Shown here: positions 29,788 through 41,264 of the stretch, in pieces | Layout of the letters: each line of letters opens with the position of its first letter | Position numbering within the stretch: the stretch's first letter is position 1 | Source: Aulosira sp. ZfuVER01 | Lineage (GTDB): Bacteria; Cyanobacteriota; Cyanobacteriia; Cyanobacteriales; Nostocaceae | NCBI GenBank assembly: GCA_034530615.2 | Contig: JAVRCV020000070.1 | Coordinates: forward strand, 1-51,454 | Direction of reading: 5' to 3' | DNA length: 51,454 bases | Notes under the pieces: generated by a model | What the model was told of the DNA's origin: nothing | Databases searched by the model: none | The model's input: the letters and a program-made list of their open reading frames with translations, nothing else | Translations under genes and position numbers: made by a program

Positions 29788-30417
29788 CTACAGTCTCACA
29801 ATCCCACGATTGAGTGCGGTGACTAAGGCTTGAGTGCGATCGCTCACGTTCAATTTGCCGAAAATATTATTAGCGTGGAACCTCACCGTACTCTCAGCGA
29901 TATTCAGGACAGTGCTAATCTGCTGGTTATTCTTACCCTTGGCTATCAAACGCAGTACTTCTAATTCGCGATCGCTCAATTCTTCACTACCCGTTCGCTC
30001 GGCTAGCTTGGCTGCTATACTTGGCGGAATGTACTTTTGACCTCGATGAACAGTGCGAATCGCATCTAAGAGTTCGTTTGGTTCCGCGCCTTTAAGGATA
30101 TAGCCTTTTGCACCCGCCCGCAGTCCGCGATAGATATCTTCATCGCCATCAAAGGTAGTTAAGACAACGATGCGGGCGTGTTTAAATTTAGCACAGATAG
30201 CTGCGATCGCATCAGCACCTTCCATCTTCGGCATTCGCAAATCCATCAGCACCACATCCGGCTGATGTTGGCGGAAAAGTTCTATGGCTTCTCGCCCGTC
30301 GCCAGCATGGCCGACTACGGTCATGTCTGACTCACATTCGAGAAACATTGTTAAAGCTTGTCCTAGAATCGGATGATCCTCAGCAATCAGGATGCGAATG
30401 ACTTTGGATTGGCTCAC
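29788..30417 (-). CDS. NarL/LuxR-family response regulator
   Basis: REC domain (AEDH, MDLRMP, KGYILK) plus LuxR HTH (LSDRELEVL..GKNN..I..VSDRTQA). Confidence 0.92.
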   Translation of the reverse strand: MSQSKVIRILIAEDHPILGQALTMFLECESDMTVVGHAGDGREAIELFRQHQPDVVLMDLRMPKMEGADAIAAICAKFKHARIVVLTTFDGDEDIYRGLRAGAKGYILKGAEPNELLDAIRTVHRGQKYIPPSIAAKLAERTGSEELSDRELEVLRLIAKGKNNQQISTVLNIAESTVRFHANNIFGKLNVSDRTQALVTALNRGIVRL

Positions 30418-30423
30418 GATCGT

Positions 30424-33207
30424 TTACTCCCAGTAGATGTACACTGAAACTTCTGTTCCCTGTCCTGGTGAACTCTGAATTTTTAGTTTTGCGCCGATGC
30501 GTTCAGCTCGTTCGCTCATGACTAAAAGACCAAAGCTGTTGACAATAGATAGACTGCTCATGTCAAAGCCTTGGCCATCATCTTGGATTCGCAAGCTGCA
30601 CTGGCTTTCTTGGTAGGCTAGTTTTATGTGGATTTCTTTAGCTTTGGCATATTTGAAAGCATTAGTTAATGCTTCTTGCGCAATGCGGAGCAAGTTATTT
30701 TCCACATCTGGAGGTAGGGGGTAGATTTCGCCTAGGACTTGATAATGAATCTGTGTATTGGTAGGGGAAAACATCTGCGTTGCGAAGCGATCGATCGCAT
30801 TGCACAAATCGCCTTCTTCTAATAATTGGGAGCGCATTCCTTTAATCGAACGGCGTGCTTCGGTTAGCCCAGAGTGAGCCAAGTCGCGTCCGGCTTTGAT
30901 TAATTTCTGTGCCGTTTCTCTATCTGTGAACAGCTTCCGGGAGGCGGTGTCTAAGTGAACAATCACAACGGCGAAGGCTTGGGCTAAAGTATCGTGAATT
31001 TCCTGTGCCAAACGGTTGCGTTCTGCTAATACAGTAGCTTGTTCCGCCTGTTTGCGATCGCTGATATCCTGTATTGCAGCCATCCTAATCGTACGCCCAC
31101 GATATGACATGACTCTGGCTCTGATCTCTGCGGGAAAAGTAGTTCCATCCTTGCGTAGGCATACAGTTTCATAAACTCCCTCATCTCCTGAGCGAAGCTT
31201 TCCCATGACCTGTTCCCGGTATTCAGGAGCAGTAAAATCCATCACAGGCATACCAATCACCTCAGAAGATTCATAACCAAACATCTCGGCACAGGTTTGG
31301 TTAGCGTCTACAAGTATGCCTTGCTCGGTGATAGCGATCGCTTCAAAGGATGCCTCTGCCAATAGCCGAAATCGCGTCTCGCTCTCTACAAGTGCTTGCT
31401 CTGCTTGCTTGCGTTCAGTGATTTCTCGTTGTAGTTCCCGGGTACGTTCAGCCACCTGCTGCTCTAAAATCGAATTATAATCTGTTAGGAATTTCTCTAC
31501 TTGTTTGCGTTCGGTAATATCGATACAAACGGTGAGCGCATATATTACTTTCCCTGATTCATCAAAAATTGGCGTGCTTAAAACTTCTACAGGGATAGTT
31601 TTATTCGGATGTCGAAATTCTATATTATCAACGTGGACAGTTTTACCTGCTAAAGAATAAACAGTTGGTATTTCAGCAGCAGGGTATAACCGATCAGTTC
31701 CAGCTAAATAAATTTGGTAATATTCTGCCATTTGTTCGTATTCGACAAATGGTAATATTTCTACATTGAGGAACTGTTGTGAAACTCTATTAGTGTAGTA
31801 GCTTTTACCAGTGGTATCAGTTATCGAAACGCTGACAGGTATCGCATCAAGAAATTGCTTTAAGCGAGTTTCACTTTGCAACAAAGATTTGTTTAAATCC
31901 TGCAATTCCCCAAATTTTGTTTGCAGTTGCTCTGCCATACTATTAAATGACTTTGCTAACTCTCCCAACTCATCGGAACGATTTATTTCTATTCTCTTTT
32001 CCCATTCACCTTGAGCAAGTGCCATAGCAGATTCTTTTAAAGTCAAAATTGCTTGAGTTATCCACCTTAGAATCATAATCCCAACAGCTACAGCCACTAT
32101 CAAAGCAACAATACACAGCCCAATAGTACTGCGAGTGTTAGCATTAATTTCCTCCATGAAGTCAGCTTCCGGGACTACAACCACAATCAGCCAATCAAGC
32201 CCCCGACTTTCTTGGAAAGGTAACACTTGAATAAACTGTCGTTTCCCATCGATTGTAAAATCTAATTGCTGTTCACTTTTAATCGAGTTAAAGTTAGCAA
32301 ATTTTGCTTCTAAATATTTAGCTGTAGCTTGTGTCATCACGTCATTACTATCTTTAGCTAACAGTCGCTGCACTTTATTTTCTGGCAATGCTAAGGCTGA
32401 TTTAGCAAACCGGAATGGCTTTTCTTTGGTGGAAGTTGCTACTAAATTTCCGGAACGCTCGATAATAAAACTTTGTCCTCTTTTACCAATTTTTAAGCTT
32501 GCTAAAAAAGTGCCAATTTGTAAAAGATTGAGATTTGACAGTAATACTCCTATCAATTGGCCTTGTTTGTTATAAACTGGCTGGCTAGCAGCAATATATA
32601 AAGTACTACCAGTAATATGAGGATAAATTTCACTCCAGCTTTGCTTACCTGTCTTTATCGGTTTTTTATACCAATCACGCTTTTGCGGATTGTAGTTTTT
32701 ACCTCTGTCAATTATTTTCAGGCGATCGCCTGTACCGTTAGTGCTATAGGTACGTAATTCATAGCCTGTAGATTTGCTAGATGTTCTGATAGTCAGTGAG
32801 CCATCAAAGTACTTTTCTGCTGAAAATAACTCTTTGTTAGGGTTGGCAAATCCAATTAAGTTTACACCATTGAATATTTTTAGTTGTTCTACGAAGTAAT
32901 GCTCTAATTTTGGCGAATTTTGGATATCTAAGCCACCAATGTTAATAGCTACTTCATTAGCTTGATTAATTTGGTGAAGAGTTTCTAGGTATTTTTGTAG
33001 GTTCTGCTCAACACGTCGGCTAATTTCAGTCTGAAGTTGCGTTGCAACATTATTGACTGCTTTTTGCCCATTTATTAATGAAAAATAACCCGTCAAACCA
33101 ACCGCAGCGAAGATTTGGAGAATAAAAGGAACTATCAGAACAGTTCGCAGGGAAAGTTGATCGGGAATATTAGTAAATTTTTTAAGAGATAAGTTTTTGT
33201 TAAACAA
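30424..33207 (-). CDS. Sensor histidine kinase (TM-Cache-TM-HAMP-PAS-PAS-HisKA_3-HATPase)
   Basis: HAMP DELGELAKSFNSM; two PAS domains ending DITERK/DISDRK; H-box LAQEIHDTLAQ; EALTNAFKY, DDGQGF and PGQGT. Confidence 0.9.
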   Translation of the reverse strand: MFNKNLSLKKFTNIPDQLSLRTVLIVPFILQIFAAVGLTGYFSLINGQKAVNNVATQLQTEISRRVEQNLQKYLETLHQINQANEVAINIGGLDIQNSPKLEHYFVEQLKIFNGVNLIGFANPNKELFSAEKYFDGSLTIRTSSKSTGYELRTYSTNGTGDRLKIIDRGKNYNPQKRDWYKKPIKTGKQSWSEIYPHITGSTLYIAASQPVYNKQGQLIGVLLSNLNLLQIGTFLASLKIGKRGQSFIIERSGNLVATSTKEKPFRFAKSALALPENKVQRLLAKDSNDVMTQATAKYLEAKFANFNSIKSEQQLDFTIDGKRQFIQVLPFQESRGLDWLIVVVVPEADFMEEINANTRSTIGLCIVALIVAVAVGIMILRWITQAILTLKESAMALAQGEWEKRIEINRSDELGELAKSFNSMAEQLQTKFGELQDLNKSLLQSETRLKQFLDAIPVSVSITDTTGKSYYTNRVSQQFLNVEILPFVEYEQMAEYYQIYLAGTDRLYPAAEIPTVYSLAGKTVHVDNIEFRHPNKTIPVEVLSTPIFDESGKVIYALTVCIDITERKQVEKFLTDYNSILEQQVAERTRELQREITERKQAEQALVESETRFRLLAEASFEAIAITEQGILVDANQTCAEMFGYESSEVIGMPVMDFTAPEYREQVMGKLRSGDEGVYETVCLRKDGTTFPAEIRARVMSYRGRTIRMAAIQDISDRKQAEQATVLAERNRLAQEIHDTLAQAFAVVIVHLDTASRKLFTDRETAQKLIKAGRDLAHSGLTEARRSIKGMRSQLLEEGDLCNAIDRFATQMFSPTNTQIHYQVLGEIYPLPPDVENNLLRIAQEALTNAFKYAKAKEIHIKLAYQESQCSLRIQDDGQGFDMSSLSIVNSFGLLVMSERAERIGAKLKIQSSPGQGTEVSVYIYWE

Positions 33208-33819
33208 TGAACTGTTCCTTTTCTTGTCAACAATTTAGAAGTTCATCTCTTAATAATTGATTTTTGATCGAGTAGAATTGGCAATGTCCAGCAAAAGCTA
33301 GATATGATGGGTAATACCCACCATACATAACTAACGATCTAAGACAGCCTTAACAAAACAATTCACAAGTTAAATAAGATTGCTATTTTAATAAAATTAT
33401 TTTTACATAATTCATCTTAAACAAGACTAGCAAAAAGCGGAAGTCAGAAAAAATCTGTCTTTAGAGAGATGATGAAATCTTTTAAAATCATAAAAAACTA
33501 TATAACTACAATAAAATAAAAACAATTTCCAGATTTATATCAAATGAAAAGATATTTTTTTGATAAAAGTGAAATTTTTATTATCTCCTAAGATCTGTTA
33601 ACTAGCGTGAAGGCATATTCTTTATGCAAAGTCCTCACTACCAAAGCTTTGTAAAGGTTACGCACGCATAGTTTGCAGTGTCACAGCAGTAGCGACACGC
33701 TAATCTTCAAGGGTCGGAAAGGATATGAAAGCCTGCAACAATGAAATGAGGAATGGCAATTACGAATTAGGAATGCTTAGGTGCGATCGCACTGAATTAC
33801 TCAAGTTTGGAGAATCACT

Positions 33820-35724
33820 ATGCCTGTGGAAAAAGATGGCAACCCCAATGCCCCAAATCCTCATCATTTTGGGGGTAGTTTCCTGATACTTCTATTTTTA
33901 TTATCTATATTCCACTTTTTCATTGCTCCGGGAATACGTCCCTCAAAAACCGAGGTGCTTTACAGCCAATTTCTTAAAGATGTCAAGGAAGGCAAAGTTA
34001 CTAAGGTTTTGGTGGGGGAAAACCAGATTGAGTACACTCAAAAAATGGCACAGCAGCAAACTCAGCCAAAATTGTATGTTACCAAACCCATCCCCAATGA
34101 CGAGAACTTGCCAAAGTTACTCGAAGATAAAAATGTAGATTTTGGAGCCAAGCCAGGCGATGGTAGTAGTGTTTTAGCTACCCTTCTCAGCTGGGTGATT
34201 CCACCACTGATTTTTGTTGCTCTTTGGGGCTTTATCTTAAGCCGCGCTCAGGGTGGCGCAGGAGCAGCTCTCACAGTAGGCAAAAGTCAAGCTCGCATTT
34301 ATGCTGAAGGTGACACTGGGGTAACATTTGCTGATGTTGCTGGTATTGATGAAGCCAAAGAAGAACTAGTAGAAATTGTCGAGTTTCTCAAAAATTCTGC
34401 CAAATATACTCGCATTGGCGCCAAAATCCCCAAAGGAGTGTTGTTAATTGGCGCACCAGGAACGGGTAAAACTCTTTTAGCGAAGGCTGTAGCCGGAGAA
34501 GCAGGAGTACCATTCTTTAGTATCTCTGGCTCTGAATTTATAGAGTTGTTTGTTGGTGTTGGTGCAGCACGAGTACGAGATTTGTTTCAACAGGCAAAAA
34601 AACAAGCCCCTTGTATAGTTTTCATCGATGAGTTAGATGCTTTAGGTAAATCTCGCACCGGCGGAGGGCCTAGTCTGGGAGGTAATGACGAACGCGAGCA
34701 AACTCTCAACCAGCTGTTAACGGAAATGGATGGATTTGAAGCCAATACTGGGGTAATCATCCTCGCCGCAACTAACCGTCCAGAAGTTTTAGATCTAGCA
34801 TTACGCCGCCCTGGTCGCTTCGACCGTCAAATAGCCATAGATCGTCCAGACAAACAGGGACGGGAAGCAATTCTCAACGTCCACGTCAAAGGAGTCAGTT
34901 TAGCGCCAGATGTAGATTTAGGAGCGATCGCCACCCGCACGCCAGGATTTGCAGGTGCAGACTTAGCCAATTTAGTGAATGAAGCAGCTTTGCTCGCTGC
35001 CCGTTATAATCGGGAAACCGTCACAATGGCTAATTTTAATGAAGCCATTGAAAGAGTCATTGCCGGGTTGCAGAAAAAGTCCCGCGTTCTCAACGAGATG
35101 GAGAAAAAAACCGTTGCTTATCACGAAGCAGGTCACGCGGTTGTTGCAGCCTTAATGCCTGGGGCTGGTAAAGTTGAGAAGATTTCGATTGTTCCCCGTG
35201 GTGTGGGAGCTTTGGGGTACACTTTGCAGCTACCAGAAGAAGACCGCTTTTTGATGGCAGAAGATGAAATTCGTGGTCGAATAGCGACGTTACTTGCAGG
35301 ACGTTCTGCTGAGGAGATTTTTATCGGGAAGATTTCCACTGGCGCTAGTGATGATATCCAAAAGGCAACAGATTTAGCCGAGCGAGTAGTCACTCTGTAT
35401 GGCATGAGTCAAAAATTAGGGCCTGTAGCTTTGGAAAAAGTACAGCAGCAATTTTTGGATGGATTTTCTAATCCCCGTCGTTCCGTCAGTACCAAAGTAG
35501 CGGAAACAATTGACCAAGAAGTGAAAGACATTATAGACGGGGCACATCATATCGCCTTACGGATTTTAGAGACAAATCGTTCTTTATTAGAAGAAATGAC
35601 TCAAGACTTACTACGTACAGAAATTTTAGAGGGCGAACAACTACGCCGTTACTTAGAACAAGTTCAACCACCAGCAGAATTAGCAATCTGGTTGGGTACA
35701 GGTCAAATGCTTTCTGTAAATTAA
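33820..35724 (+). CDS. ftsH: ATP-dependent zinc metalloprotease FtsH (FtsH4-like paralog)
   Basis: Two TM helices; Walker A GAPGTGKT; Walker [30 protein letters not shown]; zinc motif HEAGH; GGAGA RBS. Confidence 0.93.
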   Translation: MPVEKDGNPNAPNPHHFGGSFLILLFLLSIFHFFIAPGIRPSKTEVLYSQFLKDVKEGKVTKVLVGENQIEYTQKMAQQQTQPKLYVTKPIPNDENLPKLLEDKNVDFGAKPGDGSSVLATLLSWVIPPLIFVALWGFILSRAQGGAGAALTVGKSQARIYAEGDTGVTFADVAGIDEAKEELVEIVEFLKNSAKYTRIGAKIPKGVLLIGAPGTGKTLLAKAVAGEAGVPFFSISGSEFIELFVGVGAARVRDLFQQAKKQAPCIVFIDELDALGKSRTGGGPSLGGNDEREQTLNQLLTEMDGFEANTGVIILAATNRPEVLDLALRRPGRFDRQIAIDRPDKQGREAILNVHVKGVSLAPDVDLGAIATRTPGFAGADLANLVNEAALLAARYNRETVTMANFNEAIERVIAGLQKKSRVLNEMEKKTVAYHEAGHAVVAALMPGAGKVEKISIVPRGVGALGYTLQLPEEDRFLMAEDEIRGRIATLLAGRSAEEIFIGKISTGASDDIQKATDLAERVVTLYGMSQKLGPVALEKVQQQFLDGFSNPRRSVSTKVAETIDQEVKDIIDGAHHIALRILETNRSLLEEMTQDLLRTEILEGEQLRRYLEQVQPPAELAIWLGTGQMLSVN

Positions 35725-35760
35725 ATTGAAGAATAATCGCTACAGATGTTTTAGCGCAAT

Positions 35761-38700
35761 TTACGCACCTGAACTAAAAGCACATTCTGCATCAGTCAGT
35801 AAATTAATTTGTGCTAATGTCTGGTTGGGATTGGTAGCGACTACTGCTAACAAAGTTTGAAAGTGTTCGCTCATAGAGGCGATCGCCTGATGCTCAAATA
35901 AATCGCTGTTGTACTCCCAAGTTGCTTTCAGCGCAGTTGCAGTTTCTACCATTGATAGAGTCAAATCAAACTTTGCTGTCATTGACTCTATATTGATGGG
36001 ATTTACAGAAATTCCCGGTAGTTCCCAAGGACGGGGGGCGGTTTCTAAATTGAATACCACTTGCACCAATGGACTTTGGCTGAGAGAACGATCTGGTTGC
36101 AAGGTTTTCAGCAGTTGCTCAAACGGCACATCTTGGTGAACAACTGCTGCTAATGCTACATCGCGTACCTGATGTAACAGTTGACTAAAACTCAAATTTT
36201 CTGGAATCTTAAACCGCAGCACGAGAAGATTCACAAACAAGCCAATGAGGGATTTAGTAGCTTGGTGGTGGCGGTTGGCAATGGGAGAACCAACTAAAAT
36301 ATCTCCGCGATCGCTATAGCGATATAGTAAAGTGACAAATGCTGCCAACAGAGTCATAAACAGCGTCACACCTGATTGCTGGCTTAGGGTTTTTAGTTCC
36401 TGGGAGAGTTGAGCATCAATATCAACCTCTAAGCTGCTACCCCTGAACTTATGGAAACTTTTTCGCGGTTTGTCTGTAGGTAGTTCCAGCGACGATTGCA
36501 CCCCTACTAACTGCCGAGTCCAGTAGTTTAGGTGTTGTTGTAATACTTTTGTTGTTAATAACTCCCACTGCCAAAGCGTATAGTCTACATACTGAATAGG
36601 TAAATCCGGTAAGGGAGAAGGCTTACCTGCACAGAAGGCTGGATACAAGCTAGACAACTCTTGCAGCAAAATCTCCATTGACCAAGCATCACAAACAATA
36701 TGATGTATGGTCAGCAGTAATACGTATTCAAATTGAGATAATTGTAATAGCTTGACCCGAATCAGAGAATCTCCAGCCAAATCAAATGGTATATGGGCTT
36801 CTATTTTAGCTAGCTGCTGTACTTCTTTGTCTTGGTCTAATGTATTCTGCAAGTTGACAACTGGTAAGGTAATAGTGGCAGTAGGATTAATCACCTGTAC
36901 TGTTAAACCATTAACTACCTGAAAGTGAGTCCGTAAGCTGGCGTGACGTTGGACTATTTCGCGGATACTGCGCTCTAGAACATTGATATTCAAATTGCCA
37001 ACAAGCCGCACCGCAAATGGCAGATTGTAAGTAGCACTTTTTCCTACCAACTGATCGAGAAACCAAAGTCTGGCTTGGGCAAAAGATAAGGGAAACTCTG
37101 CTTGCTCTTGAGAAACAGGAGTGATAAAAGGTACTATTTGCCCCAAATCAGTTTGACGATAACTAATAATCAACTTTTCTAGCTCGGCTACTGTTGGCGC
37201 TCCAAACAAACAGCCTAAAGGTAGCTCTATCTGATAAGCTTGCCGCAACCGAGAAATAACTTGCATCGCTAGGAAGGAATTTCCTCCCAAAGCAAAGAAG
37301 TTGTCGTGAATGCCAATCTCTTCCAGACCTATGACGGTGGCAATAATATCAGCAATTACAGCTTCCGTAGGTGTTTGTGGCGGTACAAATTGATTGTCCC
37401 GTTGCAAATGGAGATGGGTTTCGGGTAGTGCCTTGTGGTTAACCTCAAAATTCGGTGTAAGGGGAATGTGCTTGAGAATCACAAAAGTTACAGGCACCAT
37501 GTAATCTGGCAGTTTTTGCTGTAAAAAACTACGTAGTGCAGTTGATTTCAAAGTACAGGTTTTTTCTTTATTGGCTGGCTCTGCTGCTACAACATAAGCA
37601 ACTAAGTACTTATCTCCAGATTGATTTTCGTTGATTGTGACTACTGCTTGCTGTACCTTTGGATGTTGAGTCAGTGCATTTTCGATATCTGCAAGCTGAA
37701 TACGGAAACCCCTAATTTTTACTTGCTGGTCAATACGTCCCAGAAACTCTATGTTGCCATCTGGTAGATAGCGGGCAAGTCCAGCAGTTTTGTACAAACG
37801 TGCCTCAGGTTGAGAGCTAAATGGATGGGGGATAAAAGTCTTTGCTGTCAGTTCTGGTTGATTGAAGTAACCCCTTGCTAGTCCATCACCACCAATGTAG
37901 ATTTCTCCAGGTACGCCAACTGCAACTGGCTGTAATTGCATATCAAGCAAATACACTTGAGTATTGGGAATGGGGCGACCGATAGGAACAGTAGCATTAA
38001 GATTAGATGCCGCTGTTACTTGATAACAGCAGGTAAAAGTCGTATTTTCTGTTGGGCCATAACCATTAATTAACTTTAATTCTGGGGCTGCCTGTAGGAG
38101 TTTTTTGGCGTAGGGAATAGATATAACATCTCCTCTCACTAGCAGTTGCTTTAACTGTTTTAATACAACCAGTTGCTCATCTACCAATAAGCGAAATAAT
38201 CCAGGCGTTAGGTATAAAGTTGTCACTTGATATTGGCGAATTGCTTGTCCTAACTCCAGCAAAGAGAGGGTTTGAGGAGGCATCAGCACTAAACGCGCCC
38301 CATTGAGTAAGCTACCCCAAATTTCTAAAGTTGCTGCATCAAAATTAATGGAAGCTAACTGAAGAAAAACATCTTCTTTTGTAAAGTTGGCATAGTTGTT
38401 ACCTTTAATTAAATGCACTACATTTCGATGGGTGATGCTGACACCCTTGGGTTTGCCAGTAGAGGCAGATGTATACATGACATAAGCTAGATTTGCCGAT
38501 GTCATGGATGTTGCAGGATTTTCTGGGCTATATTGCGCAATGATGTTCTCGTCTGTATCGAGGCAAATTAGATGTAGTTGATGCGCAGGTAGAGATGTCA
38601 GCAAATGTGCTTGTGTCAGCAACACTGATACTTGAGTTTCTTCTAATATGTACGCTAAGTCTTCTTGAGGAGAAGTGAGATCTAGAGGTACATAAACACC

Positions 38701-40524
38701 ACCCGCTTTCAGAATTCCCAAAAGTCCGACAATCATTAACAAAGAGCGCTCTACACAAATCCCTACGAGAATCTCTGTGCCGACACCTAGAGATTGCAAG
38801 TAGTGCGCTAGTTGATTAGCTTTTTGATTTAATTCTTGATAAGTGATTTGTTGGTCTGCACATACCAACGCCACTGCATTTGGCGTTAATTCTACTAGCT
38901 GTGTAAATAGTTCATGGATGCATTTATCTTGAGGATATTCTCTGTAGGTATTGTTCCAGTCTATTAATAACTGATGTCTTTCTCTGGCTGTGAATAGAGG
39001 TAATTCCCCAAGGCGTTGCTCTGGATTGGCGACAATTCCCTCTAGTAGATTCTGGTAATGACTTTGCATTTGAGTGATAGTTGCAGCATCAAATAAGTCG
39101 GTACTATATTCCCAAGCGACTTGGAAATCATTACCTACTTCCATAACCCTGAAGTTAATGTCAACTATCGCTCCCCTTTGTACTCCCAGATGCGGCAAAA
39201 TTTCGATTTTCATTGCCTGTTGTTCGCGGTCTTGGGAAGTTTGGAAACTGCGATATTTATGCCAACTAAAACAGACAGATACGAGAGGAAAACGACTGCG
39301 ATCGCGTTGAATTTTTAATTTTTCAAGTAACAAAGAAAAAGGAGCCTCTTGATGCTGGAGCGCTCCGATGAATAGACTGCGTATATGAGTTAGTAATTCT
39401 TTGAAGGTGGGGTTTCCAGCTAAATTACCCCGCAAGACAGTTATATTAGGGAAGTAACCAACAATTTTTTGAAACTCTTTGCTATCTGACCTACCTGCGA
39501 TGGGAGTTCCTATCAGAATGTCTTCTTGACCTGTATAGCGGTAAAGTAGCGCAAAGAATGCCGTTAGCATAATTGTATAAAGAGAAGCTCTGTGAGTGTT
39601 TTTTAGCTTCTTCAATTTCGGAATTAATTCTGGGTCTAACTGGAAAATAGTGGTATCGCCCCGATAAGTTTGCACTGGCGGGTAAGGTCGATCTGTAGGC
39701 AAATTTAAAATGGGTAATTCACCCTCTAATTGCTTGTGCCAATATGTCCAAAGTTTTTCTGGGTGAATTTCTAGCATATCTGTCTGCCAGCAAACATAGT
39801 CTGTATATTGGCATTTAGGAAAGGGTATGCTGAGAGAAATTGAAGATACAGTGTGAATTTCCGCAGCATACAACACTTGAAATTCTTCGATTAGCAAGTC
39901 AAAAGACCACATATCACCAGCAATGTGGTGCATGACAATTAATTGAATGTAACCTTGCGTTGTATTACTAAATAGTTTTACCCGCAATACAGGGCCGCAT
40001 TCTAGGTCGAAAAGACGATCTGTTTCTTGATAAATTTGTACTTTTAAATATTCTTCACTCCAAGAAGAAGCATCTATGACTTCTATTTCAACTTCTTGAC
40101 GAGAGTGGATCTGTTGAACTGGTTGACCGTTGCGAATGGCGTAAGTAGTGCGGAGAATTGTATGCCTATCGACTAGCTGTTTCCATACTCGTTCCCAAGC
40201 ATCTACATCTAAGTCAGAGTCAAGTCGCGCCGCCAGAAAAATATTGTAAGCAACGCTTTTTGGTGCCATCTGGTAAAGGAACCACAAGGCTTGTTGACCG
40301 TGGGAAAGGGAACAAAATGATGTGGTATCTTCTAACGGACAATAAGAATAACTATCAGATTGCTTGAGGATTGCTAGTATTTCTGCTTCTTGCTCTTTCA
40401 GTTGAGCTAACAGGGCAGGAGAGAGAGTCTCTTTGGCCGCTTCATAGCGTAGGCTGTTGCCTTCTGTCCAGAGCTTCACGTTAAGACATCGCAGCTCTAA
40501 CAACAACTCATCAACTGTTTTCAT
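35761..40524 (-). CDS. Stand-alone NRPS: docking domain-C-A(degenerate)-T-C, no TE
   Basis: TubC-type N-terminal docking region; C1 HHIAGD; A domain YTSASTGKPKG and NGYGPTE; T domain FFALGGNSF; C2 HHIVCD. Confidence 0.88.
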   Translation of the reverse strand: MKTVDELLLELRCLNVKLWTEGNSLRYEAAKETLSPALLAQLKEQEAEILAILKQSDSYSYCPLEDTTSFCSLSHGQQALWFLYQMAPKSVAYNIFLAARLDSDLDVDAWERVWKQLVDRHTILRTTYAIRNGQPVQQIHSRQEVEIEVIDASSWSEEYLKVQIYQETDRLFDLECGPVLRVKLFSNTTQGYIQLIVMHHIAGDMWSFDLLIEEFQVLYAAEIHTVSSISLSIPFPKCQYTDYVCWQTDMLEIHPEKLWTYWHKQLEGELPILNLPTDRPYPPVQTYRGDTTIFQLDPELIPKLKKLKNTHRASLYTIMLTAFFALLYRYTGQEDILIGTPIAGRSDSKEFQKIVGYFPNITVLRGNLAGNPTFKELLTHIRSLFIGALQHQEAPFSLLLEKLKIQRDRSRFPLVSVCFSWHKYRSFQTSQDREQQAMKIEILPHLGVQRGAIVDINFRVMEVGNDFQVAWEYSTDLFDAATITQMQSHYQNLLEGIVANPEQRLGELPLFTARERHQLLIDWNNTYREYPQDKCIHELFTQLVELTPNAVALVCADQQITYQELNQKANQLAHYLQSLGVGTEILVGICVERSLLMIVGLLGILKAGGVYVPLDLTSPQEDLAYILEETQVSVLLTQAHLLTSLPAHQLHLICLDTDENIIAQYSPENPATSMTSANLAYVMYTSASTGKPKGVSITHRNVVHLIKGNNYANFTKEDVFLQLASINFDAATLEIWGSLLNGARLVLMPPQTLSLLELGQAIRQYQVTTLYLTPGLFRLLVDEQLVVLKQLKQLLVRGDVISIPYAKKLLQAAPELKLINGYGPTENTTFTCCYQVTAASNLNATVPIGRPIPNTQVYLLDMQLQPVAVGVPGEIYIGGDGLARGYFNQPELTAKTFIPHPFSSQPEARLYKTAGLARYLPDGNIEFLGRIDQQVKIRGFRIQLADIENALTQHPKVQQAVVTINENQSGDKYLVAYVVAAEPANKEKTCTLKSTALRSFLQQKLPDYMVPVTFVILKHIPLTPNFEVNHKALPETHLHLQRDNQFVPPQTPTEAVIADIIATVIGLEEIGIHDNFFALGGNSFLAMQVISRLRQAYQIELPLGCLFGAPTVAELEKLIISYRQTDLGQIVPFITPVSQEQAEFPLSFAQARLWFLDQLVGKSATYNLPFAVRLVGNLNINVLERSIREIVQRHASLRTHFQVVNGLTVQVINPTATITLPVVNLQNTLDQDKEVQQLAKIEAHIPFDLAGDSLIRVKLLQLSQFEYVLLLTIHHIVCDAWSMEILLQELSSLYPAFCAGKPSPLPDLPIQYVDYTLWQWELLTTKVLQQHLNYWTRQLVGVQSSLELPTDKPRKSFHKFRGSSLEVDIDAQLSQELKTLSQQSGVTLFMTLLAAFVTLLYRYSDRGDILVGSPIANRHHQATKSLIGLFVNLLVLRFKIPENLSFSQLLHQVRDVALAAVVHQDVPFEQLLKTLQPDRSLSQSPLVQVVFNLETAPRPWELPGISVNPINIESMTAKFDLTLSMVETATALKATWEYNSDLFEHQAIASMSEHFQTLLAVVATNPNQTLAQINLLTDAECAFSSGA

Positions 40525-41264
40525 TAGTATAATTTTCCTTTGAGCAATCCACAGAATTTAAAAATCTTAAATGGCTATGATGACTTGCATACAAACTGGA
40601 CGTATCAAAAAGGGATTAGTCTTGCTATAAAGTTTTTAGCAATTTCCATCTGATTATTTATTTCTGGTGCGTTAAAGTGATACCCAGATGTTTTGACAAT
40701 TAATCTTTTTTCATTATTAGCCTTCATTTTTTGATTTTCATTAGAGGCAATTAAGAAATAGATTTTTCACTGATTTAACTTAAGCTAATTGTTATGACTT
40801 TTTCCGATCAGCCTTTAGCTGCAATGCAACCATGTTTTATATCTGTTGTTTATTAAAAATAAATAAAATATTAAAACCGACAGCCCTCAAACTAAAAAAC
40901 TAAATTGTTTTAAAAAATAAAATTAATAAAACTATATAAAAACCAAGATTTTTTATACGATATTAAGTGTTTAAACTCATCTAAAAACTGCTTACGCAAC
41001 AATATAAAAATCAATGTTGATAAAATCGTCAGTATAACTACTAGTTTTTTGTTACAAGTATGTTTTAACTAAGTAATTTTACAGTATGAGAGAATTATTA
41101 TTTAACACTGTTAATCGTACACCACACTAGCTTTGCCATTACCATCTGACCATAAAAATATGATGATTTCAGGAAAAAACTGGGCAAATGGCAAATAAGT
41201 CTCAGTTGTTACACTTATTTATCTTCTCAGGAATAGAAATGTTTCTTTACACTCATCAATATGG

